Positions 14,583-27,720 of a stretch of DNA of 64,000 bases are shown here, one piece after another; positions within the stretch are counted from its first letter, which is position 1; each line of letters begins with the position of its first letter. The DNA lies in assembly GCA_051362555.1 (NCBI GenBank), contig CM120640.1:37281967-37345966 (forward strand), written 5' to 3'. The notes below the pieces were generated by a model. That model made no database searches. It was not told the origin of the DNA and worked only from the letters and a program-made list of their open reading frames with translations. The stretch is from Lingula anatina (taxonomy: Eukaryota > Animalia > Brachiopoda). A program made the position numbers and the translations under genes.

Positions 14583-16936
14583 AATTGGCTGTTCAAAAAA
14601 CTATTTCCTGACTAAATTGTGTACGTTACTTCTCTATGTACTACATGACATGTACTAACTAAGATAAAACATTTCGATGACAACGTGACAGTTTAGGAAA
14701 AGCAGAGCTAAAATAAATCGTAAACGTTAAAACATAATCGTAAACGTTAAAACATCGCTGAAGACCCGTTATCTACACCAGTGTCAAATGCCATCCCATG
14801 GTGAAACACGTCTGAATAAGCATAAAGGAATTGAGAACTATAAGCCATAAAATATATTATACAAAACCCATATTATTTTAAGTGGATTCCTATGAAAATG
14901 AATTATATCTCTTCACAGCCGACCAGATGAAATTTGAAAATATGACGCAAGCTGAACTTTTTTAACAGGCCCGGTAAAGCGGTGACAATATATTACTGGC
15001 CGAGTATGTTGTACAGCGTTTTGGTACAGAAAACTTAGAAGAACTATTTCACTCTATTCTTGTCACAAAGAAAACATGAACTGTTAAGAAACCCCCTTTA
15101 AAAAACTGCAGATCACCTGCTGTAACCATTGACCTACCTGTATATAGGTCGTTGCTGTGACAAGGTAGACTAATGGGTCTCTTGGGTACAACTATCGCAA
15201 TATAGCCATGCTGGCCCACTTTAGAAGAACAGGCATTGGTAGCTCCCTCAAACGGCCAGTTTCTAAATTAACAGAAATTTTGTTAATCTCTGCTGGTTTG
15301 TTTGCTTCATGATCTATGAATTACGGACCAGCAAAATATGGACTCAGCATTTGTTAATAAAAAGATTGATATTGCTTACCAAAATAGTTTTGCAATTTCC
15401 TTTAGGACATGACCATAATAAAATGTTCAATAAATAAATATGAAATTTTATCGACATAAATTAACAAATGTTTAAGTAAGATGAGTGATAAATGAATATT
15501 CGACGACAATACGCCAGAAGAATTACAGAAACACAAAATACCGGTTGATTATTTTACATCGGTGTCAATATGATAAATGCATAAATTTATACTTAATTTG
15601 GATTATTAAATGAAAAACAAAAGTTTATGTCAACATAACAAAGGAGAACAGTGCTTAATATACAACTGTAAGTAAGTCTTTTTTACTGTTCTTCTTAAAG
15701 CATAATAAAAGTTCCCTAATGTCGTAGAGGTCCCATACATAAGCACTTATACATATTCCCCTTCCAAATCATACTTCTAGATAGACATATATTTTGGTTC
15801 ACTTTTCGTGAAATAATACTATTAGAATATTTGTGAAGTCTCATGACTTAAGCGTTTTGCAACGAATTATCAATTATGAAATATGATTGTTAAACGCAGT
15901 TTATAAAAAATAGGCCAGAAGAAAATACAGTCGGTAAGAAAGTGAACCGGTCGAACTCATTAAGTGTCCTTGTTACACTTTTAATTCATACAATAAACGC
16001 AGTTATTCAAACAATCATAATCTGACACCAACCGCTGTAACCGTAACCGTCTAGTGCACGGCAAATTGCACGCGCGACCGTCTCGCGTGTTTGTTTCGTT
16101 ATTTAAGCTCTTTTCTATGGCTACTGTTTATGTTTAGTCGCCTCTGTTTACTGTTGTTTTCTTACGTCTTGCCTTAGCACTTAACATAAACGCCGACGCG
16201 ATTGTCAACCGGGAACCGCCATTGTATTCAATGGAAACATAAACTACGCGGCAGCAAAGGCAGTCTTAGAACAGGTGGTTGTTTCAAACAGTGGGTCATT
16301 CTGAAACAACATAGTTTGCCGGTTTCCGACCTCGGTGCCATAGAGGTAAAGCATTCGTTTGACCTGGGAGCAGACACTACCTGCAACAGAGCTGTAAGAC
16401 GGGAGTTCAGCTTTATGGTGCGCTCGCGGGGAGAGGCGGACGAAGAAAAGTCTGTTAGCCTGTTACATGTGGCAATTCTTCGTATGGTTTTGTATGGTTT
16501 TCGTACGCACAGCACTCGAATTAAATCATAAAGTTTGCGTTATGTTTGAATGATCAGGAAGTCTAACATTTCATGTCATAGTTTAACACTCAAGTTTTTT
16601 AAAATCCGTGTGATATAAATGCACCTTGTCTTGATTTTTTATTCTTTTAGTATAATTGAAGAAATGACGCATTATTGTACATGTGGAATACTATACATTC
16701 ATTTTATAACCCCTTTTAAAATATTTTGATAAAACACACGTACACAGTATCTACGAATAAACACACATTGCACTAATATCTTTACAACAATAATTTAAAT
16801 TTAAACCTGTGTTTTGGATATCAAAATTATGTGTATGTTAAAAAAAACTTGAGAGTTTTATGATGTATCTGTAAGACGTTGTAATGTGGACATTCTATCT
16901 CGTCGGGACTCAGACAGCCCATGTTACGTCATTAAT

Positions 16937-17105
16937 CAGGGGCGGATTTAGGCCGTCTTCTGGGTCTTCCGGAAGACGGTCAGATTTTCAAGTTTACATT
17001 GACAGGTATCTAATTTTTTCTGTCGGAAGACGGTCAAAAAATGGAGGATGGACCAACAAATATAATATGGAAGACTGTCAGAAAATATCTCTGGATCCGC
17101 CCCTG
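16937..17105. mobile_element. MITE (non-autonomous DNA transposon, hAT-like CAGGG termini)
   Basis: 11-bp TIRs CAGGGGCGGAT ... ATCCGCCCCTG; flanking direct repeat TTAAT (16932-16936 and 17106-17110); internal repeats CGGAAGACGGTCA. Confidence 0.75.
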
Positions 17106-17853
17106 TTAATACAGGTAAAACCAGTGTTAAATGCTCCCATGTGTAGATGTAAGTTATATATAGTATATTAGTATTTTTAGATATACTTGATAGAATTCCA
17201 ATTCAAAAGTTAGATTTAATAATGCATTATATTTAACACGACTAAAGTTGCTTTTCTTGTCCGTTTTATTTATGAATGAAAAATACTAGTTCGAATAAAA
17301 ATAATTGCATAACGTGTAATCATTTACCAATGTTTACTGGCGTTACATACGCTTTCTCATAAAGCATGGGATTTAAAGTGTCACCAAAGATTTTTATCAC
17401 GACTAAAATTCTTTCCGAGTTTACAATCTATCTTAACTACCAAGATGAAGTACGAGTGCGAGTCCCCTTTCCGTCCTTCCTTTTTCAATATTTGGTGTCA
17501 AGCAGGGAAAATGTATAATTTGTTTACAGAAGAGATGCCTCATTTTGTTGTTCTCGCATATCTTTCCGCTACATATCTCAAATACAATATAGGATTATCC
17601 TATAACACGGGCAAACGCATAAAACACACGCTAAAACAAGATAAGTGTTTTTCTTTCTCCCTTTTCACAGACATCTAAGCTAGGTACGAAAAGTAGACGA
17701 AAGGGGAAAAAAGAGCAAAAACGAAGTAAACAAAGATGGAAATGCCGTTTCCCACATCCCTTCCCTCACCTCCCGCAGAAATCTGAACTTACGGTCATAT
17801 TTCAACAACCGGTTATGCAAATAAGAAAAATGAATTTGTTCCTCGCTTTACAG

Positions 17854-18099
17854 CAAAGAAGCATGGCCAAGCGTCAGATTTTTGTCGCTTCGATGCCCCT
17901 GGTCAAAAGCAGGCCCTCTTAGAGTGGCTGAAGCCCACTGTGCCTCCCAGAGCGAACTGACCGCGGGTTCGTCTTGTGTTCGAATGGGAAGGACGTGGCA
18001 CAGTGAGAGGAGACGATTGACACATCCGCTGTCACAGCGACGAGTCGGTGCGTCTTCTGCGTCCGATCGCGTATAGTAACTATGCTCTGACTGACTCAG
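17854..18099 (+). ncRNA. probable non-coding exon (candidate upstream exon of the mir-9 host transcript)
   Basis: GC/CpG-rich island bounded by acceptor cctcgctttaCAG (17853) and a perfect donor CAG|GTAAGT (18100). All three plus-strand frames contain stops. Confidence 0.4.
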
Positions 18100-18519
18100 G
18101 TAAGTTATGCAGACTGCACTGTGCACACACTACGCTACGCTACACTGGTTCCACGTTGTACCCGAGTCGGTCGGATGATTATCACAAGCGTCAGTCGCGT
18201 CTCGCGGCGAGGTAGTAGACACATTTACATTTACAATTTTGGTAATTAGTTAAAGAGACAATTACACCATTGATTGCTGCTTAATTCTGATTGCAGTGAC
18301 AACGCGTGTTAAGGGTGATAGCACGTGTTTATGATCATATCTAACAATTTAGCTTTTAATTACTTCGCCATCTTTGTTTAAGCGCTTATTTTTGCTCCCC
18401 ACACATCTTTGGAGAATTTTACGGACAAATAATCTCTCTCTCTCTCTCTCTCCATACCTCTATATATCTTTATGTGATATGCGTTCTTGCACGTAAGTCT
18501 TATACAAAATTCGGGTACA

Positions 18520-18712
18520 CGCCTAAGGGGCACGGGGTTGACCTCGAATGTTGAACATTAATATTATATCATTATACACGATGTTTGACGGTCTCGAGCT
18601 ATTGTCATATTTGTCATCCCATGCGGCGGTGTCATATAGCCATATAATCGGCACAGAAATTTCGAACCCGAAGCAAGTGATCTGACCGCAGAACGCTTCC
18701 ACCTGGCTACGT
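18520..18712 (-). mobile_element. possible degenerate tRNA-derived SINE head
   Basis: Minus strand has A-box-like TAGCCAGGTGG (18709-18699) and B-box-like GGTTCGAA (18668-18661) at tRNA-like spacing, but no intact cloverleaf. The 3' extent is uncertain. Confidence 0.35.
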
Positions 18713-19723
18713 CTGAACAATACATCTCCGCTGGTTTTTGTATCGCTGTACGGATGGAGTGAATAGTTTCCTACTCTTTATCTTACTCATATTTTTATCA
18801 TTTTAGTTTAGACGATAACTGAATTTACACTGCGTCCGTTTTTTATATGCATCTTTCATATAGGGCTAGGTTCTTAGTTTGTGTTAGGTGTTTATGCAAA
18901 GAATGAGAGAAGATATAATAATGCGCTTATGTGCATACGCTGACATCACTGAGACTTAAAGAGAATTTCTCTGTGCTACATATACGATTGGCTTTTATCT
19001 GATACTAGTATTCCTACACAGAAAAATGGTGTTACGTATAGAACAGCAGAAAATCCAAAGCATATGGAACGTTTGTCCACTCCAACAATTCCAGATTTCT
19101 GGAACCTCTAGTATTCGTACACCAGTGTTGACTTCTAGGAAATGACAGTTAACCGCAATAAGATGCGACGTTGTGGTACGCTGTAATGTTAATGGTCTCA
19201 CATATCTCACTAGCTGACAGGACTACGACTGTGCTATACAATACAACAAATGTTTATGTCTTTCAGAAGATTAGAACGCAAAAACTACTCACACAGTGTT
19301 GGGGTATAGGGGGGAGGGGAGGCAGGGGAGCTTCATATAGAAAGTCTGGTGAGGAAATATAAAATGGCCTCTTCATTACAATAGATATTAGCCTTTGAGC
19401 ATTTGGGGCAAAAAATCCCTTTACGGAGCAAAAATATAGAAGTAGACTATGACGAAATATCAGATAAGCTGCAACACCAGGATGCTCAGAATGTTACCCG
19501 GATAATCAAGTGACAAACAGGGAAGTATGCAGGGTACCGCCAAAAGTATTAATAAAAGTGCAACAAGGCAGAATACGCCCTCCGGTGACCCCATAGAGAG
19601 GGGGTTGACAAGAGGATGATGCATGGACGTGTAGTCTGACTACCCACTGATTAGACTGAAAGTGGAAGAATTCACAAAAGTTCGTGGTAAAAATTGTTAT
19701 GAATTTTTAAATGGACTGTATTG

Positions 19724-19724
<1 letters not shown>

Positions 19725-19766
<42 letters not shown>
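19725..19766. repeat. (GA)n microsatellite
   Basis: Direct reading. Confidence 0.9.
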
Positions 19767-19771
<5 letters not shown>

Positions 19772-21526
19772 GACAGCATGTGAAATCTGAGAGGTCCCCT
19801 GATTGGCACCCTGGAAGTAATAGTAGGGGTAGTCTTTGTGAACACCACGCCCATATTTTGTAATATGCATGGTTGTTTTGCCCTATTCACTTATCTCTGT
19901 AAAACGCCTACAGTTTGCATGCAGCAGCTCTGTTGGTTTTCAGTCACAAAGAGTAAGTCAAGCACGTGTCATTCGTGGAGGGGGGGGGGGGGGGTAAGAG
20001 TTGAATGGGAGGTGGGGGTGAACCATTTACGGAACAGGTTACATCGTATATGTGTAAAAGAAGAAAGAAATTCAGTGCAGATTTTTTCAGGACACGATTA
20101 TACAATGGCACTTTTATGTAACTTTGTGTCACTTATTCACATGTGCGGCAACTAATAGAGATATGATTCCATCGAGTGACTCTATAAAATTGTAAATTTA
20201 TCCACATTTTGAATGAATTAGTCGATTTTCAACATCTCCATACCATAATAGCTGACAAAAGACGAAAGGAAGGGGCGTCTGTTTAGGTGCATTTAGCGTT
20301 TAGGTTACTCACTTTGGTCTCATTTTCTTAGCAAAAAAAGTATTCAACTTTTATATTTTTATCCATAGCCCAGGTATTGTTCAGTTCATATCGTTCTCTA
20401 GTTTCCTTAGGGCGAGATATCAAATGAGGATCGTTGTCAAACACAGTTAAGTAACAACCTGCCAATGTGATCGATCTTGTTATTTACGCCACATGTTTTA
20501 TACCTGTTTCATAAGTAAATCCGGCTTTTCTAAACATTATAATAACTGAACTGCTAGTATATTCAAAGGTGCAGTTTTCGGGATATGAATGACAGTGTTA
20601 TTCAGTCAACACAGTGAATTATGGGGTTCATATATGACATGTTTTGCTGGGAGCCTTTGTGTAATGCCCCGCTCCACACCCTCTTTAAACTTTGATTCGA
20701 GTGAGAATTTCGACCTCGGAGCATATGGCCCTGGTCCTTGACATTTCTTCAATACAGCCACCCCATGGTGCATTTAGCGCCACGTTTCTTTATTTGAGTA
20801 TATGGAAAATATAAATGAGCATTCTTTAATGCTGATTTCCCCGTTTTCCTCTTCTTTGGAAAGGGTCAGAATGACGTTTCTGAAAAGAGTCCTATATGGC
20901 CAAGGGGACCTTTAAAATGGCATTCATACGTAGCCAATCTTTATATAAAAGCACAACCTATTTGATTTTGTAAAATTCAGCAATAGTGCTTTAAATTTGT
21001 AAAAAAAAAACGTTTTATATAAAAAATATACCAATTAAAGTTATCAATTTTAAGAACCAAGTGTTAAAGGGCAACAAAACGTAACCGACGTATCACGTTT
21101 TCAAAAAGACTGAAATATTTCGATGAAAAAAATCGTTCAATAATTCAAGAATCATCAAATTGCTTTTTTTATACAGAAACGTGTCAGGCATTTTGACTTA
21201 CTGTTCTACCTATGAAAATGAACTTTCTTTTATAACAAAACCAATAATACATAACTTTAGACTAGCAGACCATAAACTCGTGATCAATGAGGGAAGGCAT
21301 CCAGATTGTGTCAAAAAATGATGAATTCCATTTTGTCTGTTAATGTCCATTTTACAATAACTAAAAATACATTTATAATTATGCAATTGGAGAAATCCTA
21401 GTTTTTTTTTAGCTTATAACAACTATATTAAACATAATCTAAGAGATAACAGTAATTTTAGCAATTTTTCAAGAAAACTGTAGATATAACAGCTTTGTAA
21501 AATACTTATTAAGTCTCATATTGTCG

Positions 21527-21541
21527 TCATCATCATCATCA

Positions 21542-21601
<60 letters not shown>
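21527..21601. repeat. compound (ATC)n(ATT)n microsatellite
   Basis: Direct reading. Confidence 0.9.
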
Positions 21602-21602
<1 letters not shown>

Positions 21603-22349
21603 GTAAGTTTATTTTGTTTTGTGTATCTATTGTATTGACAAGATGTCACGGTAAACAAAACTAAACTAAATTATTAGTCATTAGTTTTCAGAGACGTTTT
21701 GAGAGACGTAAAACTGGCACCGGGTTGTTTCATATAACGTTATCATAAAATATTGTAATAGGACAGTTGACCGTACAACAGTAGGTTGCTTACTCTCAGC
21801 ATTTATCCATTCAAAAGTCAACCCCCTCCCCTTGGAGAACAGTCTTACCACATTATCAAATAATATCGTAAAATATAACGCTTTTTGCCAGTATAATTTC
21901 ACCTTAACACGACCTTCATCATTTGCTAACGACATCCTTGCTTAGAATTTGCGATTATAATTTCTTATTCATTTCTGCTCAACTGTTCCCATGAACTTAT
22001 GGTCAACAGTTTAATACTTTCCAAGATCTCTTTCACGAAGGGGTCGAGGTTTTTTAAGCTAATTGATTGATTTCTGAGACCCGTACCTTGTGTGTGTGTG
22101 TGACAACGTTGACACCTGTGTGTAACGTATTTCAAGTTGCTACTAAAATAAAACTAATTTCACACTGCATTTTGCAGGCGCAATTAGAATGTCTTTGATT
22201 TTGCATACATTGATACGGAATAGTTGCTGCATGCTGTGGCGATAATTGACGTAATTTTTCTACCGTTTTCTGGCATCATTGAAAAAAATCCAGAGAATTG
22301 GCCTGTACTGCGCCTTTCTTTTTTCATGTGTAAAGTTTTATTTCCACGA

Positions 22350-22400
22350 AGTGTGTGTGTGTGTGTGTGTGTGTGTTCTTGTGTGCGTGTGTGTGTGCGT
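22350..22400. repeat. imperfect (GT)n microsatellite
   Basis: Direct reading. Confidence 0.85.
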
Positions 22401-25400
22401 GCCTCCGTTAATAAAGTCGGGGGCATTTTAGTTGTGGATACTCGCGTGTCATTCTCCCACCTAATCTAATATGCAAAACACACAAACAATGCCCATTTTT
22501 GTTGAGCGAAAACTTTCACGAGATAATCCACATTTATAATGGGACAGGGCAAAATAAGGTGTGGTCGGGGGAGCCGAGATCTAGGATTGGGCCACCAAAA
22601 TTAATGAAAATTGCGGTCAACAATTTCCAGGTTAATAATCAGACACGGGAGCCTTTGACCACTTGAAAGTGGACATTTGACCACTTGAAAGAGAAACGTG
22701 TATCCTCCTCCCCAACCGTTTAGATTTATAGAAAAACCTTTTTTTCATATTAAGATGATAATATTGGTGCATTGGTGTTAGGAAAATATGATTATCTTAT
22801 ACCAGCTTTACACTGACAGAAGATGGGTCAAGTTGCGTGGGAAGCTACCTGCCTTTTCTTTTCCTACACCAATTAAAAGCTATTTATGAATTCTGTATGT
22901 CAGAGAAATGCCAAAAACGTTACTTGAAAATGAAATCCAAATATCATCGCAAGCAATATCCTGTTTTTAAATAAAGACTTACCGGGTGTGGGTTTCTTTT
23001 TTATGAGAATGGTGTTTAACCCATTAATTTATGTGGGCAGGATCACAGCAACCAAATCCTATGAATGTGTCCGGGAACGTCACTAGAAAAAAAAAAGGTA
23101 AACGCGTTGACGCCTCTTCATTTCTTCTGGAATGGATGTATGTCTGGGGGAATTACTCACAACGATTTCAAATGATTTTGAATTGAGAAAGACAATTTTT
23201 AAGGACATGGAATGACAAATGCCCAGTTTTAGGCTGTTATCAAATTAAAAAATAATACAATACTTTATTGCCAGTACGGTGCACTGTCCAAATGCTTGCT
23301 CTTGTGGCATTGTTCAGATGCTGTCTCGTGTTGAGGGAACAGATTTTGACGGAATGCATGTCCTTGTGAGAGTTTGCGGATGTGTGCGCACGTGCATGTG
23401 CTATATCTATTAATTCATCCAACCTAACCGGAAAACGTATGCCTGTGTTTAAGTTTTCGTGCGTGCATGTGTTTAGAATTGTGTGTGTGTGTGTGGGGGG
23501 GGGGGGTCGTTTTGCAAATGTCAAGAGCATTAATTATTATAATGTGACGTAGTCTCCAGTTGATGAATATTAAGATAAACCAAACAGAAGTACCTTGAGC
23601 AGGCGTCACGCAAGCGTGAGGTAAAACAAGGATTAAAGTGTCGTACTTATCGAGTATAATCTCACTTAAACGTTGGGCATAAAATGTCCTTGATAGATAT
23701 TAAGATTTTATGCTTGGCGTCAACTTTATCTTTACCGTACAATGGGTAATTACGTGAGCACTCATTATTTTTGTTAAACTGTGACTGTTAGTCTTAGATT
23801 ACAAGATATATGCTTGCAAATATATTCGTCGCTTTGTCATTTATATCAATCATTAATTGTCTCTGCCTCTGCATCTGTAAGTGCTTATTTAATTCTTTTG
23901 CTCAGCGATATCTCAGACTAGAATCTGCATATCAGAACTATTTTATCACTTACCAATTAATTTGCTTAAGCTTTGTTTTAGAAAAGTTAAACGTTTGCGA
24001 TACCAATCGGTTTTATCTCCTAACTCATGCACTGCGTGCCACTAAGTATTTTGATATACAAAACCTTAAGTTGGTGTGAGCGGCAAGATTGTCGACATTA
24101 TTGGCTTTCCATGCGCCATTTAAACAGAACAGACGTGTTGTTTATTTTTATAATCATTAACAGAAGAACACCTTAAATAAAGGATTTTTATGTCAAAAAT
24201 AGGATGAAAACTTTATGAATATTTATTTGACATGAGGAAAACAAACGTGTATATTTGTCATCGGGTTTGAAAAAAATAATAATAAAGAAAAAAATAAGAA
24301 AGAAAACAATGTTTAACTGTATTTGAATCCCATTACAGGTGCAAAAGCGCAGAGCAATTGCATTTTTTTCATGTTATATTGAAGAAAAGGCGGGCCACAT
24401 AAGTGATTTCGCATAGGAAAAAATTGGTGACCCGCAGTAGCCAACTTCGCCGAGATCCCAGCCTGTTTCACATTGTTATAGGGTTACAATAAAGAGCTGA
24501 ATGAATATGAAAGATTGATACTGCAGCCTGTGTGTAGTTTGAAAGACCAGGGTTGTATGTCGGGGTCGAATAAAGGGAGATACTTTGCATTTCTAAAGGC
24601 CGTGCTGTCATCCCTTCGAAATGATGCGCTTCATCTCTCAACCCATTAAATGTATTGTAGGCACAAATAGTAGAGGGGAACGCTTAGTCATAGGTTGCGT
24701 GGTGAGAAATATCCTACTGAATCCACTGAGACCCAGCGATGTATATTGGAAGTTTCATACAGACGGTGTGACCCCGTTGATACAACATGCGCTAGTGCCA
24801 TCTTGGGCGAAAAGCTCGTTTTACGTTGGTGTCTCTTATTAACTTTCAGTCGACATTAGGGGATGCTTCATAAGTATGCTACCTAATAGAAACGGAGGAT
24901 ATATTTTGGGAAAGGGATGGGTACTAAGACATTAACTTTTGAGAAATTGGCTGATTCTCCATTCTCTGAAAGTTGTTCTATTCTTTTCAGGTAGAGTTCA
25001 AAAGTGCACCTCAGGCCAGGTGGCAGGTGGAGATAGGCGGGAAATAGGACCCGACTCAGGAAGACAGGACATATTAGCTGTGTGATCACTGTCTCCGGCT
25101 ATGGACCACTACATCTTAACTCTCTCTCTCTCTCTCCTTCGTGTCGAGGTGGTCATCTCTGCTATGTGGGGGTGGTTTGCGGTCAGATCCACGGTCTCTC
25201 CGCTATCTGTCGACCGTGGCGCCACGCGTCACCAAGTAATCAACCAACCACGTGCCTGGCATAATGATTACGCAGAAAAAATCAAGCGGCAGATGATGCA
25301 AAATTCATGATAAAATCCAAAATGATAAACGTCACGGCGACTGTATGCTAAAATCCAGTCGTTTTCAGTCTCCTAAGTTGGTCAGAGATACTATTGCACA

Positions 25401-25981
25401 ATCACATCGTTGCGTGTCCGTGGTCATTCCTTCTCATTTGAAATTCGCTATTTGAAATCACCTCGCTCTGTTTTCAAATAATAGATTCTATTGAGCGAAT
25501 CTTTTTATCATAGTTAGTATGTCACTCACGCTTCTGACTTGCGCATTACGTGGGGTTTCGCGCGCAAACAAGAGCCTTTGTGTGGATTGCCGCATATCCC
25601 ACTCGGAAAGGAGTATTATCGGTCGATGGTCATGCCGTCGTATAAGCATTTCGGAGATTATCATTAATTACAAGAATTTTATCTTAGAAATTTGAGATAT
25701 GCAAATGGCCTTGTGTCGTTTAACGAGTCACGGTACTATGCACAGCACGCTCTACGCACAGACGGGCCATTATTTATACAATTCCAACGCTCGCATGTCA
25801 CCGGGACATAAGCAGAGAGAGAAGGAGAGAGGGGTATCTTCTGAATTCCTCTTATCTAAAAAGGGGATCGCTGGCCACGTTGGAAGGGCCCGCACTCGAA
25901 ACTCATTTAAAGCGGCGGGTGCAATGGAAGGAGCGTCACAGTTCGAGTCTCACCAGTCTCCGTGGTGGACGTTCCACTGGC

Positions 25982-25990
25982 ATATAAGGC
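25982..25990 (+). promoter_or_regulatory. candidate TATA box of the pri-mir-9 proximal promoter
   Basis: ATATAAGG inside a GC/CpG-rich island (about 25700-26200), ~450 bp upstream of the mir-9 hairpin on the same strand. Confidence 0.35.
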
Positions 25991-26430
25991 GGGGGAAGGA
26001 TATAGAGAGAGCATGGAGGAGACAAGAGCCCAGTGGCCTGCCCAGCCAGGCTGTGTGGTCTCGCGTGTCCTTGGGACACCGCCCAGGATCAGCAGGCGTC
26101 TCCGGCGAGCTAAGGACCCTCCGTGAGGAAACATCTGGCGTTGGCAGATAGACGGCTTACCCCGCACGTTGGAGTAACAACGCTGGGTTCACGCCTTGCT
26201 CTTTTACTCACCATTCGCCATATTCATCACATATACCTAGTCAACGAATATCGGCATCTGTGTGAATGAAATGGCGTCTTTTAACCACAGAAATACACCC
26301 GGATCTACCAGGATCATTTTGAATCTCCGACATTGGGAATTGTATGTGTAAATCGTGTGTATGGCGTAATTGCCGTGCTCTACTGGCTTGCACAGGTTTT
26401 TCTTTTTTTTTTTTCAAGATGTCGGAGAAC

Positions 26431-26516
26431 CACCTCGGTTTCATCTTTGGTTATCTAGCTGTATGATAGACTTTGGACTTCATAAAGCTAGGTTACCAAA
26501 GTTAAAAATGGAGGTG
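26431..26516 (+). ncRNA. mir-9: mir-9/mir-79 precursor hairpin
   Basis: Exact mature miR-9-5p TCTTTGGTTATCTAGCTGTATGA at 26444-26466. The 3p arm ATAAAGCTAGGTTACCAAAGTT (invertebrate miR-79 type) is at 26482-26503. The basal stem CACCTC (26431-26436) pairs with GAGGTG (26511-26516). Confidence 0.97.
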
Positions 26517-27546
26517 CACACAACTTGCTCGGACAGACGTGGACAACGGGCGGACATTCGTATGGCAGGTTAGCTACTATATCATCAAAACCTATAGCCA
26601 AGTAAGGTCCCCCTGCTGTATGCTTGGTTGTTATATCATCCAACAGGGGACGCCCATTGCTTATAGGCTCATATGAGATGTTCTTAGCTAAAATTATTTT
26701 GGGTAAGGTTTTGCTTATTGCATGGCTTAACTCTTATAGTTGCACCATTAACTGTTGGAATGTATTTGGATTTTTTTCTCTTACCTTAAAATTTTATGAT
26801 AGATATTTCTTGGCCAGTGGTGTAGTTTATATGGTAAAATTCTCATGTTTCTTGTAGATTTTGGAAGATGGGGTGATTTATTACAATAATTTTCCAGAGC
26901 AATTGTCCGTGTGTCTGATAGTAGTCACAATAGTAATTAGGCTGTTAAATTTATACCTTGGAATGGAAATAGCTTGGACTATCCCCTGCTTTTATATGAT
27001 GGCTCATAGATTGCAAAGATATCAAATTTATATTAACTTTCAGAAATTCATTTTTCGCTTGTTTATTGTTTTAGAAAACATCTTTATCCTTATCTTTTCA
27101 GTTTTGGATATTATTATCCTATTGGATTTTGTTAATATATTATTCGACCAACAAAGATATTCGCAGAGTATCCGTGAAGCTAAATATATATTTTTTCCTT
27201 TTTATACATTTATCGTGAGATAAGATAAAAAGTCTCTTTTTTAATATCCAAAAAAATTCTAAAAAGTTTCATTCCTAATTTCATTTTTACGTTTGACGTT
27301 AAAACAAAGCCATCTGTGCAAAGATTCCTCTATAAGTAGTCTTCAAGGGTCATCTTTAATACTCCCATGCTTATGCTTTTAAATGAGGAAAAGAGCCTAA
27401 TTTTTCAAGTTTAAAACTTAATACCCCCTGTTCCCATAAAGCAGCAGGAAAACAGCCAGAAAAAAACAACTGCCAGTAAAATTCAACTATTCTCTCAGAA
27501 AAAAATTAATCCACAGGCTCTGTAAAATTGGGTAGCCGAGTTTCAG

Positions 27547-27720
27547 GTAGAAAAATCACCTGAGTGATCGGAGACATACCGATCGTCACGGGGGTGAAAC
27601 GTGATCCCGAACATCAACTTGGAGAAGCATCCACGCCTTTCACGACCACCGAAGCCTGAACTCGGCGGAGGAAGGCCTCCATTATTTGGTGGGAACGAAG
27701 GCAGCGACTTCGGTTTTCAG
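27547..27720 (+). ncRNA. probable downstream non-coding exon of the mir-9 host transcript, structured
   Basis: GC-rich island between tttCAG (27546) and the strong donor CAG|GTAAGA (27721), with several abutting short hairpins. Confidence 0.35.

Noticed and set aside
25799-25815. TCACCGGG matching the mir-36 seed near mir-9
   Set aside because: The rest of the mature sequence does not match and no complementary arm is present.
25699-26151. 150-aa ORF upstream of mir-9
   Set aside because: No recognisable domain; best explained by the GC-rich promoter island.
26861-27223. 120-aa hydrophobic ORF and similar short AT-rich ORFs
   Set aside because: Non-ATG starts, T-rich compositional bias, and no supporting splice structure or motifs.
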